Of a stretch of DNA of 64,000 bases, positions 1 through 9,173 are shown one piece after another. This DNA is from Dehalococcoidia bacterium. Its GTDB lineage: Bacteria > Chloroflexota > Dehalococcoidia > Lucifugimonadales > UBA3495. Where the stretch lies: NCBI GenBank assembly GCA_965197655.1, contig OZ240220.1, positions 71,508 through 135,507 on the forward strand. The letters are read 5' to 3'. Position numbers and translations under genes: made by a program. The notes beneath the pieces are model-generated. The model had not been told where the DNA came from. It did not search any database and saw only the letters and a program-made list of their open reading frames with translations. The first letter of the stretch is position 1. Each line of letters opens with the position of its first letter.

Positions 1-1044
1 TTTGACAAGAACCCCAACTACTTCAAGGGTGGTGGTGGAGTGCTGCCCTATGTGGATGAGGTGGTACTCTTTGGCATCCTGGATGAGACGGCCCAGCAGG
101 CCACCATGCTGGCCCACCAGACCGACTGGCACTGGGTGCGTAATTTCGGCCAGTATCGTGAGTACGTGGACCACGACCAGATAATGACCGTCATCCGGGC
201 GACCCGGGGCCACCACGAGATTTGGCTAAACAAACGCAAGGCCCCCTGGGACAACGTGAAGGTCCGCCAGGCCGTTTTCATGGGAATGGACCGGCAGGCC
301 GGCATCCAGGTGTTGCAGGACGGCTACGGCTCTGAAGGGTTCTTAATGGTCCCCGGCGGCGCCTGGGCCTTGACCCAGGAACAGGGCTGCGCCGTACCCG
401 GCTGGTGCACCCCCGAGGGCGGCCCCGCCGCCATGGAGGCGCAGCGGGCAGAAGCGATTCAGATTCTGAAGGAAGAAGGCTTCGATTTCGACAAGACCTA
501 CCTCTTTACCGTAGAGAGCGATGCCCAGGTAGCCGCCCGGGCCACCTTCGTTCAGGAGCAGTTGCGCTTGCTGGGCATCGAGACCGACTTCGACCAGGTA
601 GAGACCGTTGCGTACCGGCAACAGGAGGCCAGCGGAACCTGGGGTGACATCCTTCCCGGCAACGCCACCATGCCCACCGACGACCCGGCCTTGGGCATGG
701 GCGGATATTTCCGGTGCGATTCGACCGGTAATAACTGGACGCCGGGTTCGGACTGCGACCCGGAGATGGAAACCCTGCTGGACCAGGCCCTCAGCGAGGC
801 CGACCCGGTCAAGCGGAGGGAAATCTCGGACAAGATACAGTTGAAGGCCATGCGCGAGTACTGGAAGTTCCCCCTGTACTGGGAGCAGGAGGCCGTGTCC
901 TTCTGGCCTGAGGTCCGGGGCTACTTCCATCACCCGCAGCCGGCGGGCGCTCACACCCAATACGAGCAAATGTGGATTGACCCGGCCCACAAGGACGACA
1001 CGGGCAATGCCGGTCAGACCAGCGGTGTGCCAGGGGGCGTTTAG
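1..1044 (+). CDS. ABC transporter substrate-binding protein, family 5 (peptide/nickel type); 5' end outside window
   Basis: Frame 1 is open from base 1 (FDKNPNYFKGGGGVLPYVDEV...), so the track start at 40 is internal. NPNYF, PWDNVKVRQAVFMGMDRQ and the W/Y-rich C-terminal half are typical of DppA/OppA-like SBP_bac_5 proteins. Two DppBC-type permease genes follow. Confidence 0.8.
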   Translation, partial: FDKNPNYFKGGGGVLPYVDEVVLFGILDETAQQATMLAHQTDWHWVRNFGQYREYVDHDQIMTVIRATRGHHEIWLNKRKAPWDNVKVRQAVFMGMDRQAGIQVLQDGYGSEGFLMVPGGAWALTQEQGCAVPGWCTPEGGPAAMEAQRAEAIQILKEEGFDFDKTYLFTVESDAQVAARATFVQEQLRLLGIETDFDQVETVAYRQQEASGTWGDILPGNATMPTDDPALGMGGYFRCDSTGNNWTPGSDCDPEMETLLDQALSEADPVKRREISDKIQLKAMREYWKFPLYWEQEAVSFWPEVRGYFHHPQPAGAHTQYEQMWIDPAHKDDTGNAGQTSGVPGGV

Positions 1045-1082
1045 CCTCCCCAGGCATAGGGGTGTGGGTATGTGACATTACG

Positions 1083-1117
1083 CGTAGGCCATTTACCGCG
1101 CCGGTGGGTGGCCTACG
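1083..1117 (+). promoter_or_regulatory. intercistronic stem-loop between SBP and permease genes
   Basis: CGTAGGCCA (1083-1091) pairs with TGGCCTACG (1109-1117), with inner ACCG/CGGT pairing. It lies in an unusually long 285-nt spacer. It could be a partial terminator or an mRNA-stabilising hairpin. Confidence 0.3.
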
Positions 1118-1329
1118 TTGTATCCGGCGACTCCAGAAGCTAGGAAGAAGGCAGTCCGATTCTCCGGGAAAAGGGAAGCAGGAAGGCAAATCAAGGTTTC
1201 GGGCGCACCCAATACCCAATAATTGAAACCGGCCGAGAAAGTTCGGCGTATAATCAAACAACATTGGCCCGGGCTGGTCGCTATTCTTGATGGGATGATC
1301 GCGGGCAAACATCCGGGGAGGTGTAGTCA

Positions 1330-2292
1330 ATGAGGACTTATCTAGTCAAGCGTCTGCTTCTCTTTATTCCCACCGCCTTTGGCGTTTCCGTGTTCATCTT
1401 TGTGATGCTTCACTCCATCCCGGGTGACTACGCCACGGTCCTGTTCCTGGGAAACGAGGAGGACGTGGTTCAGGCGACACCGGAGCAAATCGAGGCGGTC
1501 CGGGAGAAGCTGGGCCTCAAAGGGTCCCTGCCCGAGCAATACGGCCGGTGGATTACCGACTTTTTCAAGGGCGACTTTGGAACCTCCTGGAACAACCGGA
1601 AACCGGTTTTGGACCGGATGGCCCCCCGGATTGTCCTGAGTATCGAGTTGGGCACCCTTGCGGTCATCCTGGCTTGTGTTACGGGCACAGTTTGCGGCGT
1701 CATCGCCGCGGTGCGTCAGGATACGTGGGTGGACTATGCCCTGCGGGGCTTCAGCATGGCCCTCCAGGCGATGCCCAGCTTCTGGCTGGCCCTGATGGTC
1801 ATAATGGGACTGGTTATAATTTTCGGCTGGAAACCATCGATCGAGTATCGCCATATCTGGGTTGACCCGATGCGCAACCTCTCCGTGCTGCTGCTGCCGG
1901 CCTTCCTGGTGGGGCTGCGCAGTTCGGCGGAGATTCTGCGGATGACCCGTTCCTCCGTTTTGGAGGTGCTGCGGGAGGACTTCGTGCGGACTGCCGAGGC
2001 CAAGGGTCTCAACCGTTCCCGGGTCCTAGGCCAGCATGTGCTGCGCAATGCCCTGCTTCCGGTAACCACGCTGGCCGGATTTGAGATTGTGTTCGCGATG
2101 AGCGGATCGGTAATCATCGAGTCGGTGTTCAACCTGCACGGCATCGGTAAGCTCTTCATTCAGGCCGTAGGCTCCCGCGATTACCCGGTAGTCCAGGCCA
2201 TCGTTATGTTCGTGGCCATGGTGGTGCTCCTAGCCAACTTGGCAGTGGACGTGCTCTACGCTTGGCTGGACCCCAGAATCCGCTACACGTAG
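1330..2292 (+). CDS. ABC transporter permease (DppB/OppB type)
   Basis: 320 aa and multi-pass hydrophobic. N-terminus MRTYLVKRLLLFIPTAFGVSVFIF and EAA-type loop VRTAEAKGLNRSRVLGQHVLRNALLP are characteristic of peptide-family permease subunit 1. GGAGG lies just upstream of the ATG. Confidence 0.9.
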   Translation: MRTYLVKRLLLFIPTAFGVSVFIFVMLHSIPGDYATVLFLGNEEDVVQATPEQIEAVREKLGLKGSLPEQYGRWITDFFKGDFGTSWNNRKPVLDRMAPRIVLSIELGTLAVILACVTGTVCGVIAAVRQDTWVDYALRGFSMALQAMPSFWLALMVIMGLVIIFGWKPSIEYRHIWVDPMRNLSVLLLPAFLVGLRSSAEILRMTRSSVLEVLREDFVRTAEAKGLNRSRVLGQHVLRNALLPVTTLAGFEIVFAMSGSVIIESVFNLHGIGKLFIQAVGSRDYPVVQAIVMFVAMVVLLANLAVDVLYAWLDPRIRYT

Positions 2293-2437
2293 ACACCTAA
2301 TCCCAAGCGCAACGGGGGTGGAGCGGGATACGCAGTGGCCGCTCGCTCCCCCCATTGAGAGCTTCGCTACCCTTCGAGTACAGGTATTTGGCAGCTTTCG
2401 GTCGTAGCATCCGGCATTATTGCCAGGGGGAAATGAA

Positions 2438-3358
2438 ATGGTTACTCCACGCGAGACTACCAGCGCTGAAACGATCCGAGAGAATTTGATTACCGCGGAG
2501 CCGCCCCGTCGGCCCGGTTTCTTCAAATACGCGGTCTATTACTTCCGGACCAAGTTTCTTGGTACTGTGGGCCTGTGCATCGTGGTGGTGATGATACTGA
2601 CGGCCTTCTTTGCCGACCTGATTGCCCCCTTCACCTACCAGGAACAGAACTATACGGCGGTACTGCACGCTCCCAGCTTCAGTTTCCTGTTCGGCACCGA
2701 CAACTTCGGACGGGACATCTTTTCCCGGGTGGTGCATGGCGCCAGGATATCCATGCTGGTGGGCTTTCTGGCGGTGACAGTGGGCACTGGTATCGGCGCG
2801 ATTATCGGCTTGGCCTCCGGTTTCTTTATGGGCCGGGTTGACGCCTTTGTGCAGCGGATTGTGGATATGTGGATGTCCTTCCCCGACTTGATTCTCGCGC
2901 TCACCATCGTGGCGGTGTTCGGAAATACGATGCCCAACGTAATTCTGGCGATTGCCATGACCATTTTGCCCCGGGGCGTCCGGGTAATCCGTTCCTCCAC
3001 CATAGCCATCCGGGAAATGGACTACACCCTGGCCGCCCGTTCGATCGGCGCCTCCGACTTACGGACGATGCTACGCCATATTATGCCTAATACGGTGGCG
3101 CCCTTCCTGATTATCATGTCCTCCATGTTCGGCACCGCCATCCTCACCGAGGCGGGGCTGAGCTATTTGGGATTGGGCATCTCCGAACCTACCCCGTCCT
3201 GGGGCAGGATGCTCACCGGCCAGGCGGCCCAATACGCGCCGTCGGCCCCCTGGATACTGGCCTTCCCGGGCTTTTTCATCACCATAACGGTGATGGGATT
3301 CGCCTTCTTTGGCGACGCTCTGCGAGACCTGTTTGACCCGAGGCAGCGGGGCCTTTAG
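2438..3358 (+). CDS. ABC transporter permease (DppC/OppC type)
   Basis: EAA-type loop YTLAARSIGASDLRTMLRHIMPNTVAPFL and a hydrophobic core. ATG 2438 is preferred over track TTG 2420 because AGGGGGA lies 6-12 nt upstream. Confidence 0.88.
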   Translation: MVTPRETTSAETIRENLITAEPPRRPGFFKYAVYYFRTKFLGTVGLCIVVVMILTAFFADLIAPFTYQEQNYTAVLHAPSFSFLFGTDNFGRDIFSRVVHGARISMLVGFLAVTVGTGIGAIIGLASGFFMGRVDAFVQRIVDMWMSFPDLILALTIVAVFGNTMPNVILAIAMTILPRGVRVIRSSTIAIREMDYTLAARSIGASDLRTMLRHIMPNTVAPFLIIMSSMFGTAILTEAGLSYLGLGISEPTPSWGRMLTGQAAQYAPSAPWILAFPGFFITITVMGFAFFGDALRDLFDPRQRGL

Positions 3359-3396
3359 GCAGCTTGTGGCAATTCCTTGCATAACTCCGGCTTTCA

Positions 3397-3437
3397 TTAG
3401 AATCTCCCCCAGCCTTGGGGGAGATTCTAATTTTTTC
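3397..3437 (+). terminator. rho-independent terminator after permease genes
   Basis: Perfect 14-bp stem TTAGAATCTCCCCC / GGGGGAGATTCTAA, 6-nt loop, then TTTTTTC. Confidence 0.85.
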
Positions 3438-3646
3438 GCAGTATCCATATTGGGAAACTGACCGGATAAGTATTCAATTCCGGCCCGGGGAGAGTTCACA
3501 AGTTGGAGGATACCTTCGCACAGCTATACAGTGTTGGTGGTGACTAACGGAAAGTCGGGCAGCGACCGGCGGTCGAGAGTAGCGTTGCCTGGTTGTATTC
3601 AATATAATCAACCGGCAATCAATCCTTTTCGTTTCGGGAGGTTTAG

Positions 3647-4606
3647 GTGCGCAGTATAGATATTCATGCCCATGTAACCCCACAGTCCTTTATCCAGGCA
3701 ATGCGGGAAGGCAAAGAATGGCACGGCCTGGAACCCCGCCCGCTGGATGTTATGCCTCAGTTGATGTGGACGCCGGAGCAGCGTATCCAGGATATGAACT
3801 CCCTGGGTGTGGATGTGCAGGTAGCTTCCACCGGCGCCCAGTTCTATTTCTGTGACCGGGACGCCCAGACCATCGCCGGAATGCACCGGGAGTGTAACGA
3901 TGAGGTGCACCAGATGACCCTGGACTACCCGGAGCGGTTCCGCGGCTTCGCCCAGATTCCGATGCAGGACGTAAACCTGGCAATCGCCGAACTGGACCGC
4001 TCGGTTAACCAACTGGGTATGCTGGGCGCGATGATTGACGATAAGGTCAATGGCAAGACCTTTGACGAACCGGAATTCCTGCCCCTTTGGAAGGCCGCCG
4101 AACAGATGGGCGCCGTTATCTTTATCCATCAGGGCGGCGGTACCCTGGTGCGGCCCCGCTCCAACAATTATCACCTTCCCAACTCGATAGGCAACCTGGT
4201 GGACCGGGCGGTTACTTTTGCCTCTTTCGTAATGGGTGGCGTGATGGACGCCTGCCCAGACCTGAAAATCTGCCTGGCCCACGGCGGCGGCTATGCCTGC
4301 TACGGCGTGGGCCGGATGGACCGCAGTTGGGACGTGGGACGGCTGCCCCAAATCCCGCAGCCGCCCAGCGCCTACCTGAGCCGGTTTTACTATGACTGCC
4401 TGACCCACAGCGAAACGGCCCTGCGGATGCTGATTGACATGGCCGGAATCGACAAGGTGGTGTTCGGCACCGACTGGCCCTTTGACATGGCGATAGACTG
4501 GCCGGTTTCCTGGGTGCTGAGCCTGGAAAGTCTGACCCAGGATGAGAAGGAAGCCATCCTTTGGAAGAACATGGAGAAGTTGTTGGGCGTTTCGAGCGAC
4601 AGCTAA
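3647..4606 (+). CDS. amidohydrolase_2 family metal-dependent decarboxylase/hydratase (ACMSD/LigW-like), paralogue 1
   Basis: 319 aa with GTG start after GGGAGG. N-terminal MRSIDIHAH (HxH metal site), FIHQGG, AHGGGY and C-terminal FGTDWPFD motifs of the PF04909-type fold. Confidence 0.88.
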   Translation: MRSIDIHAHVTPQSFIQAMREGKEWHGLEPRPLDVMPQLMWTPEQRIQDMNSLGVDVQVASTGAQFYFCDRDAQTIAGMHRECNDEVHQMTLDYPERFRGFAQIPMQDVNLAIAELDRSVNQLGMLGAMIDDKVNGKTFDEPEFLPLWKAAEQMGAVIFIHQGGGTLVRPRSNNYHLPNSIGNLVDRAVTFASFVMGGVMDACPDLKICLAHGGGYACYGVGRMDRSWDVGRLPQIPQPPSAYLSRFYYDCLTHSETALRMLIDMAGIDKVVFGTDWPFDMAIDWPVSWVLSLESLTQDEKEAILWKNMEKLLGVSSDS

Positions 4607-4699
4607 TTCCTGGCGTTGCCCTGAGTCCTATATCCAAGTCCTGTAGTAGCCGGCAATTGCCGGCACACCGAAATTGAACTACCCAATCCGGAGGTATAA

Positions 4700-5656
4700 G
4701 TGCGCAGCATAGACATACACGCTCATCTGACGCCCCAGTGTTTCATCCGGGCCATGGGGGAAGGCCGGGAGTGGCACGGTGTCAAGCCCGGGGAAATGCG
4801 CGTCGGCCCCCGCAACTCCTGGACGCCGGAGCAGCGTATCGACGATATGAACTCCCTGGGCGTGGATGTTCACGTGGTCTCCACCTTTAGCTTTTACTAC
4901 TACTACGACCGGGACGCCCAGGTCATTTCCGCCATGCACCGGGAGTGCAACGACGAAGTGAATCAGATGACCGTGGACTACCCCGACCGTTTCAAGGGCA
5001 TGGCGATTATTCCGATGCAGGATGTAAACCTGGCTATCGCCGAACTGGACCGGTGTGTCAACGGAATGGGCTTCGTCGGCGCCATGATTGACGACCACGT
5101 TAACGGCAATACCTACGACGACCCGGAGTTTTTGCCCTTGTGGAAGGCGGCGGAAGAGATGGGCGCGGTGATGCTGGTGCACCAGCAGGGCGGCCAAACC
5201 CTGGTGCGCGACCGTAACCACCGCTATCACCTGCACAACACCATCGGCAACCTGGTGGACCGGGCGGTTACTTTTGCCTCCTTCGTCTTTGGTGGCGTGA
5301 TGGACGCCTGCCCCGACCTGAAAGTCTGTCTGTGTCACGGCGGGGGCTACACCTGCTTCGGCGCCGGGCGGATGGACCGGGGCTGGCAGGTGCGCTCCGA
5401 GGCCCGGGTAAACATCAGCAAGCCGCCCAGCGCCTACCTGAACAAGTTCTACTATGATTGCCTGACCCACAGCGAACCGGCCCTGCGAATGCTGATTGAT
5501 ACCGTTGGCATAGACCAGGTGATTTTCGGCACCGACTGGCCGGCCGATATGGCGATTGACTGGCCCGTGTCCTGGATATTGGGCCTGGAAAGCCTGACTA
5601 TGGGGGAAAAGGAAGCTATCCTCTACAAGAATATGGAGCGGCTGCTGGGCATCTAA
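4700..5656 (+). CDS. amidohydrolase_2 family protein, paralogue 2
   Basis: 318 aa. MRSIDIHAH, VHQQGG, CHGGGY and FGTDWPAD motifs. GTG start after CGGAGG. Confidence 0.88.
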   Translation: MRSIDIHAHLTPQCFIRAMGEGREWHGVKPGEMRVGPRNSWTPEQRIDDMNSLGVDVHVVSTFSFYYYYDRDAQVISAMHRECNDEVNQMTVDYPDRFKGMAIIPMQDVNLAIAELDRCVNGMGFVGAMIDDHVNGNTYDDPEFLPLWKAAEEMGAVMLVHQQGGQTLVRDRNHRYHLHNTIGNLVDRAVTFASFVFGGVMDACPDLKVCLCHGGGYTCFGAGRMDRGWQVRSEARVNISKPPSAYLNKFYYDCLTHSEPALRMLIDTVGIDQVIFGTDWPADMAIDWPVSWILGLESLTMGEKEAILYKNMERLLGI

Positions 5657-5804
5657 TAGGACGATTGCAAAGTCCCTTCGTGGTGAGCCGTTCGACAAGC
5701 TCACGAGAGCCTTGTGGAACTATCTAAGGCTGTAACGGTGACCCCTCGACAAGCTCAGGTCGAACGGAGGAGTAAGTGGTTTGGCGACTTTGCAATTGTC
5801 TTGA
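5657..5804. mobile_element. MITE type 2 (TGCAAAGTC-terminus family), copy 1
   Basis: Imperfect terminal inverted repeats TAGGACGATTGCAAAGTC / GACTTTGCAATTGTCTTGA. It is flanked by GGCATCTA at 5648-5655 and 5805-5812. The interior matches the copies at 29681 and 62619 (GGTGAGC..TCGAA, CTCGACAAGCTCAGG). Confidence 0.75.
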
Positions 5805-5980
5805 GGCATCTAGGCAGGAACGACGGTTGCGCCGGCAACTTTCCCGGGTACTCTGCCAAAAGGGTTTGTATTTTGGAGGAATGGCCGCGGCGCCCCGGCT
5901 GAAAAATCCGGTGAGGCTACAACCGGTGGGGGAACAACCTGGATATATCTGCCGGCCGCAGCGGTATTTGGAGACTCAAA

Positions 5981-6712
5981 ATGACGGCCAAGCTCGCCTA
6001 CAATTACCTGTCCGAAATCGATTACGCAAGCCTGGAATACGATCCTGACGTACCGGAGCCGCTGCCTGACGCTATGTATCAGTCCCCCTTATTGGTAGAA
6101 CTACTTCACATATTGGCGGCGCGCTATGCCGGCAGCGGACGCAGCCCGGACAACTTTCTGGGCAGCAATACCATTCTCTGCTACGACCCGGCCAACCTAA
6201 ACCGGCGGGTGTCCCCCGACTGCTATATGGCTCTTGGGGTTGACGTGCGTGCAATCCGCCGCCGCAAGCTCTACCTGCCTTGGGAAGTAGGGAAGTCCCC
6301 GGACTTCGTACTTGAAGTAGGGTCGGAAAGCACCGGACGGGAGGACGTGGGCCGGAAACGGGAAATCTACGCCCTGCTGGGAGTGCCGGAGTATTGGCGA
6401 TTAGACATCACCGGCGGCGATTTCTACGGGGAGCCGCTGGTTGGGGAACAACTGGTTGACGGCCAGTACCAGAGGTTCCCCTTAACCACTGAACCCGACG
6501 GCATATTGAAGTCCTACAGTCCAACCCTGGACTTGTATATCTGCTGGCATGACGAGTGGTTCTACTTCTACGACCCGGCAAGCGGTAGTTACATCAGAAA
6601 CTGGGCGGAGGCGGAAGCGGCTTTGCGGGATGCGCACGAATCCCGGCAAAGAGCCGAAGCGAGAATACGTCAACTGGAAGAAGAACTGCGGCGGCGCCGT
6701 GAGGAGAACTGA
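5981..6712 (+). CDS. Uma2 (DUF820) family PD-(D/E)XK endonuclease
   Basis: 243 aa. SPDFVLEVGSEST...GRKREIYALLGVPEYWRLD is the signature core of the Uma2 family. The C-terminus is a coiled coil (EAEAALRDAHESRQRAEARIRQLEEELRRRR). Confidence 0.8.
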   Translation: MTAKLAYNYLSEIDYASLEYDPDVPEPLPDAMYQSPLLVELLHILAARYAGSGRSPDNFLGSNTILCYDPANLNRRVSPDCYMALGVDVRAIRRRKLYLPWEVGKSPDFVLEVGSESTGREDVGRKREIYALLGVPEYWRLDITGGDFYGEPLVGEQLVDGQYQRFPLTTEPDGILKSYSPTLDLYICWHDEWFYFYDPASGSYIRNWAEAEAALRDAHESRQRAEARIRQLEEELRRRREEN

Positions 6713-6838
6713 AGCATTTATTGCCGGCAACCCTGAAAAGATGACGCCGTGAGGTGGGGTTGTTATGGGGTTGTTCGAAAGTCTTTCTTGCCTGTGTGCC
6801 CCAAATTTCTGAATGTTGAAAATCAAGAAAGGATGCCA

Positions 6839-7784
6839 ATGCGAAGCATAGACATTCACGCTCATTCAACACCTCAATGTTTCCAACGGACGGTGCTGGC
6901 CGGCAATGACTGGCACGGTATGACCTCCGCCGACGGTGAATTGTTCAATCCTCGCAACGCCTGGACGCCGGAGCAGCGCATCGCCGACATGGACTCCTTG
7001 GGGGTGGACATCCAGGTGGTTTCCACCAATGCCGGGTTTTACCAGTACGACGAGGACCCGGCGGTTACGACGGCCATCGCCAGGGACTGCAACGACGAAA
7101 TCTACCAGATGACCCTGGACTATCCCGACCGACTGGCCGGCCTGGCCAATATACCGATGCAGGACGCCCACGCTGCCATCGCCGAACTGGACCGGGCGAT
7201 TAACCAACTTGGCTTCAAAGGGGCGATGATTGGTGACCAGGTGAACGGCAAGACCTTTGACGAACCGGAGTTCCTGCCCATCTGGCAAGCGGCGGAGCAG
7301 ATGGGCGCGCTAATTTTTATCCACCAGGGCGGCCAGACCATTGGCTCCGAGCGGCAGCCCCGTTATCACGTCCGCAACACTATCGGCAACCTGGCCGACC
7401 GGGTGGTCACCTTTGCCGCCTTTACCTTTGGCGGGGTGATGGACAAGTGCCCCGACCTGAAGGTCTGTCTGGCCCACGGCGGCGGCTACGCCTGTTTCGG
7501 CATTGGCCGGATGGACCGGGGCTGGCAGGTGCGTTCCGAGGCCCGGGTGAACATTAACCAACCGCCCAGCAACTACCTCGACAAGTTCTACTACGATTGC
7601 CTGACCCACAGCGAGCCGGCCTTGCGGATGCTCATAGACTCCGTGGGCATTGACCGGGTGGTGCTGGCCGGCCGATATGAAGATAGACTGGCCGGTGTCC
7701 TGGGTCATGGGCCTGGAAAGTCTGACCCTGGACGAAAAAGAAGCTATCCTCTGGAAGAACCTGGAGAATATGCTGGGGCTTTAA
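6839..7784 (+). pseudogene. amidohydrolase_2 paralogue 3, disrupted by an 11-bp deletion/frameshift
   Basis: Starts MRSIDIHAH at ATG 6839 (track start 6749 is upstream read-through). After codon 275 (ends 7663) the frame departs from the paralogues. From 7665 the +1 frame reads WPADMKIDWPVSWVMGLESLTLDEKEAILWKNLENMLGL with stop TAA 7782-7784. TTCGGCACCGA (FGTD), present in paralogues 1, 2 and 4, is missing. Confidence 0.8.
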
Positions 7785-7838
7785 CCCCCTGGCGCATTTA
7801 CCGATAATAGTAATTACCAATATAGGAGCAGTTAATAA

Positions 7839-8801
7839 ATGAGGTCTATTGACATCCACGCACACATCAGCCCCGAAGCCTACATTCGCGCGGTGGAAGC
7901 CGGCGAGGAGTGGTACGGCATAAGCGGCCTGTCCCACGAATTCCACCGGATGGTCCCCCGTACTATGTGGACGCCGGAACAGCGTCTTGACGACATGGAT
8001 TCCCTGGGCGTGGACGTTCACGTCCTTTCCACCAACGCCGTTTTTTACTGCTATGACCGGGACGCCGCCACCGTCGCCGCAATGGACCGGGAATGCAACG
8101 ACTATGTGTCCCAACTGACCAAAGACCACCCGGACCGCTTTGCCGGGCTGGCCAACCTGCCGATGCAGGACGTTGGCGCTGCCGCCGCCGAGTTGGAGCG
8201 GGCCATGACCCAGTTGGGGCTGAAAGGGGCGATGATTGACGACCAGGTCAACGGCAAGACCTACGACGACCCGGAGTTTTATCCGGTGTGGGAAGTGGCC
8301 GAGCAGACCGGCGCGGTCATCCTGATTCACCAGAGCCTGGAAACCGTGGTCAGCCCTCGGCTGAACCGCTACCACCTGCCTAATACCATCGGCAATTTGG
8401 CCGACCGGGCGATTACCTTTGCCTCCTTTGTTTTCGGCGGGGTGATGGACAAGTACCCCGACTTGCGGATTTGCCTGGCCCACGGCGGCGGCTATACCTG
8501 CTTCGGAGCCGGACGGATGGACCGGGGTTGGCAGGTACGCTCTGAGGCGCGGGTGAACATCAACCGCCCGCCGAGTTCCTACCTGAATCGTTTTTACTAT
8601 GACTGTCTGACCCACAGTGAGCCGGCTTTGCGAATGCTCATTGATTCAGTGGGCGTGGATAAGGTGCTGTTCGGCACCGACTGGCCCTTCGATATGGCGA
8701 TTGACTGGCCGGTGGCCTGGGTGCTGGGCCTGGAAAGCCTAACCCAAGAGGAGAAAGAAGCCATCCTGGGGAAGAACCTGGAGTCTCTGCTAGGTATCTA
8801 G
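7839..8801 (+). CDS. amidohydrolase_2 family protein, paralogue 4
   Basis: 320 aa. MRSIDIHAH, IHQS, AHGGGY and FGTDWPFD motifs. AGGAG lies 10 nt upstream of the ATG. Confidence 0.88.
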   Translation: MRSIDIHAHISPEAYIRAVEAGEEWYGISGLSHEFHRMVPRTMWTPEQRLDDMDSLGVDVHVLSTNAVFYCYDRDAATVAAMDRECNDYVSQLTKDHPDRFAGLANLPMQDVGAAAAELERAMTQLGLKGAMIDDQVNGKTYDDPEFYPVWEVAEQTGAVILIHQSLETVVSPRLNRYHLPNTIGNLADRAITFASFVFGGVMDKYPDLRICLAHGGGYTCFGAGRMDRGWQVRSEARVNINRPPSSYLNRFYYDCLTHSEPALRMLIDSVGVDKVLFGTDWPFDMAIDWPVAWVLGLESLTQEEKEAILGKNLESLLGI

Positions 8802-8833
8802 TAGGCAGGAAGGCCCGTCCCCCCGACCTGTAT

Positions 8834-8862
8834 CGTCATTCCGGCGAAAGCCGGAATCCAGG
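8834..8862. repeat. hairpin unit CGTCATTCCGGCGAAAGCCGGAATCCAGG (left arm of the GIY-YIG cassette)
   Basis: Internal hairpin ATTCCGGC-GAAA-GCCGGAAT. It is a near-perfect inverted copy of 9174-9202. Confidence 0.8.
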
Positions 8863-8873
8863 GGCTTCCGATT

Positions 8874-9134
8874 ATGAAACAACCTTGCGTTTACATTCTC
8901 GCCAATAAGCGAAACGGCACCCTTTACATAGGGGTAACCTCCAACCTTGTCCAGCGCGTCTGGCAGCATAAGAATGACTTTGTACCAGGATTCAGCCGGC
9001 GTTACGGTACGCACGCCCTAGTCTGGTATGAAAGCCATGAAAGGATGGAGAACGCTATTGTCCGGGAAAAACGGCTCAAGGACTGGCGCCGGGCCTGGAA
9101 ACTGGAGTTGATTGAGAAAGAAAACCCGCAGTGA
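8874..9134 (+). CDS. small GIY-YIG nuclease family protein (UPF0213/YhbQ-like)
   Basis: 86 aa. CVYILANKRNGTLYIGVTSNLVQRVWQHK plus REKRLKDW match the GIY-YIG motif blocks. Confidence 0.85.
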   Translation: MKQPCVYILANKRNGTLYIGVTSNLVQRVWQHKNDFVPGFSRRYGTHALVWYESHERMENAIVREKRLKDWRRAWKLELIEKENPQ

Positions 9135-9173
9135 CGCGACTTGTATCCGGAACTTGCTTAAGGAAACAGCCTT

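Noticed and set aside
1223-1254. TTGAAA ... TATAAT promoter-like pair in the SBP-permease spacer.
   Set aside because: The spacer is 20 nt, outside the functional 16-18 (19) nt range, and the intervening sequence forms a small hairpin instead.
6749-6838. Track starts that extend ORFs upstream. Examples: 6749 for paralogue 3, 10840 for FAH, 40708 for oppF, 45725 for the SBP, 47227 for citE, 54992 for comM, 18931 for ftsK and 14100 for rpmF.
   Set aside because: The extensions overlap the preceding gene or repeat DNA, lack homology to family N-termini, and have internal starts with proper Shine-Dalgarno spacing.
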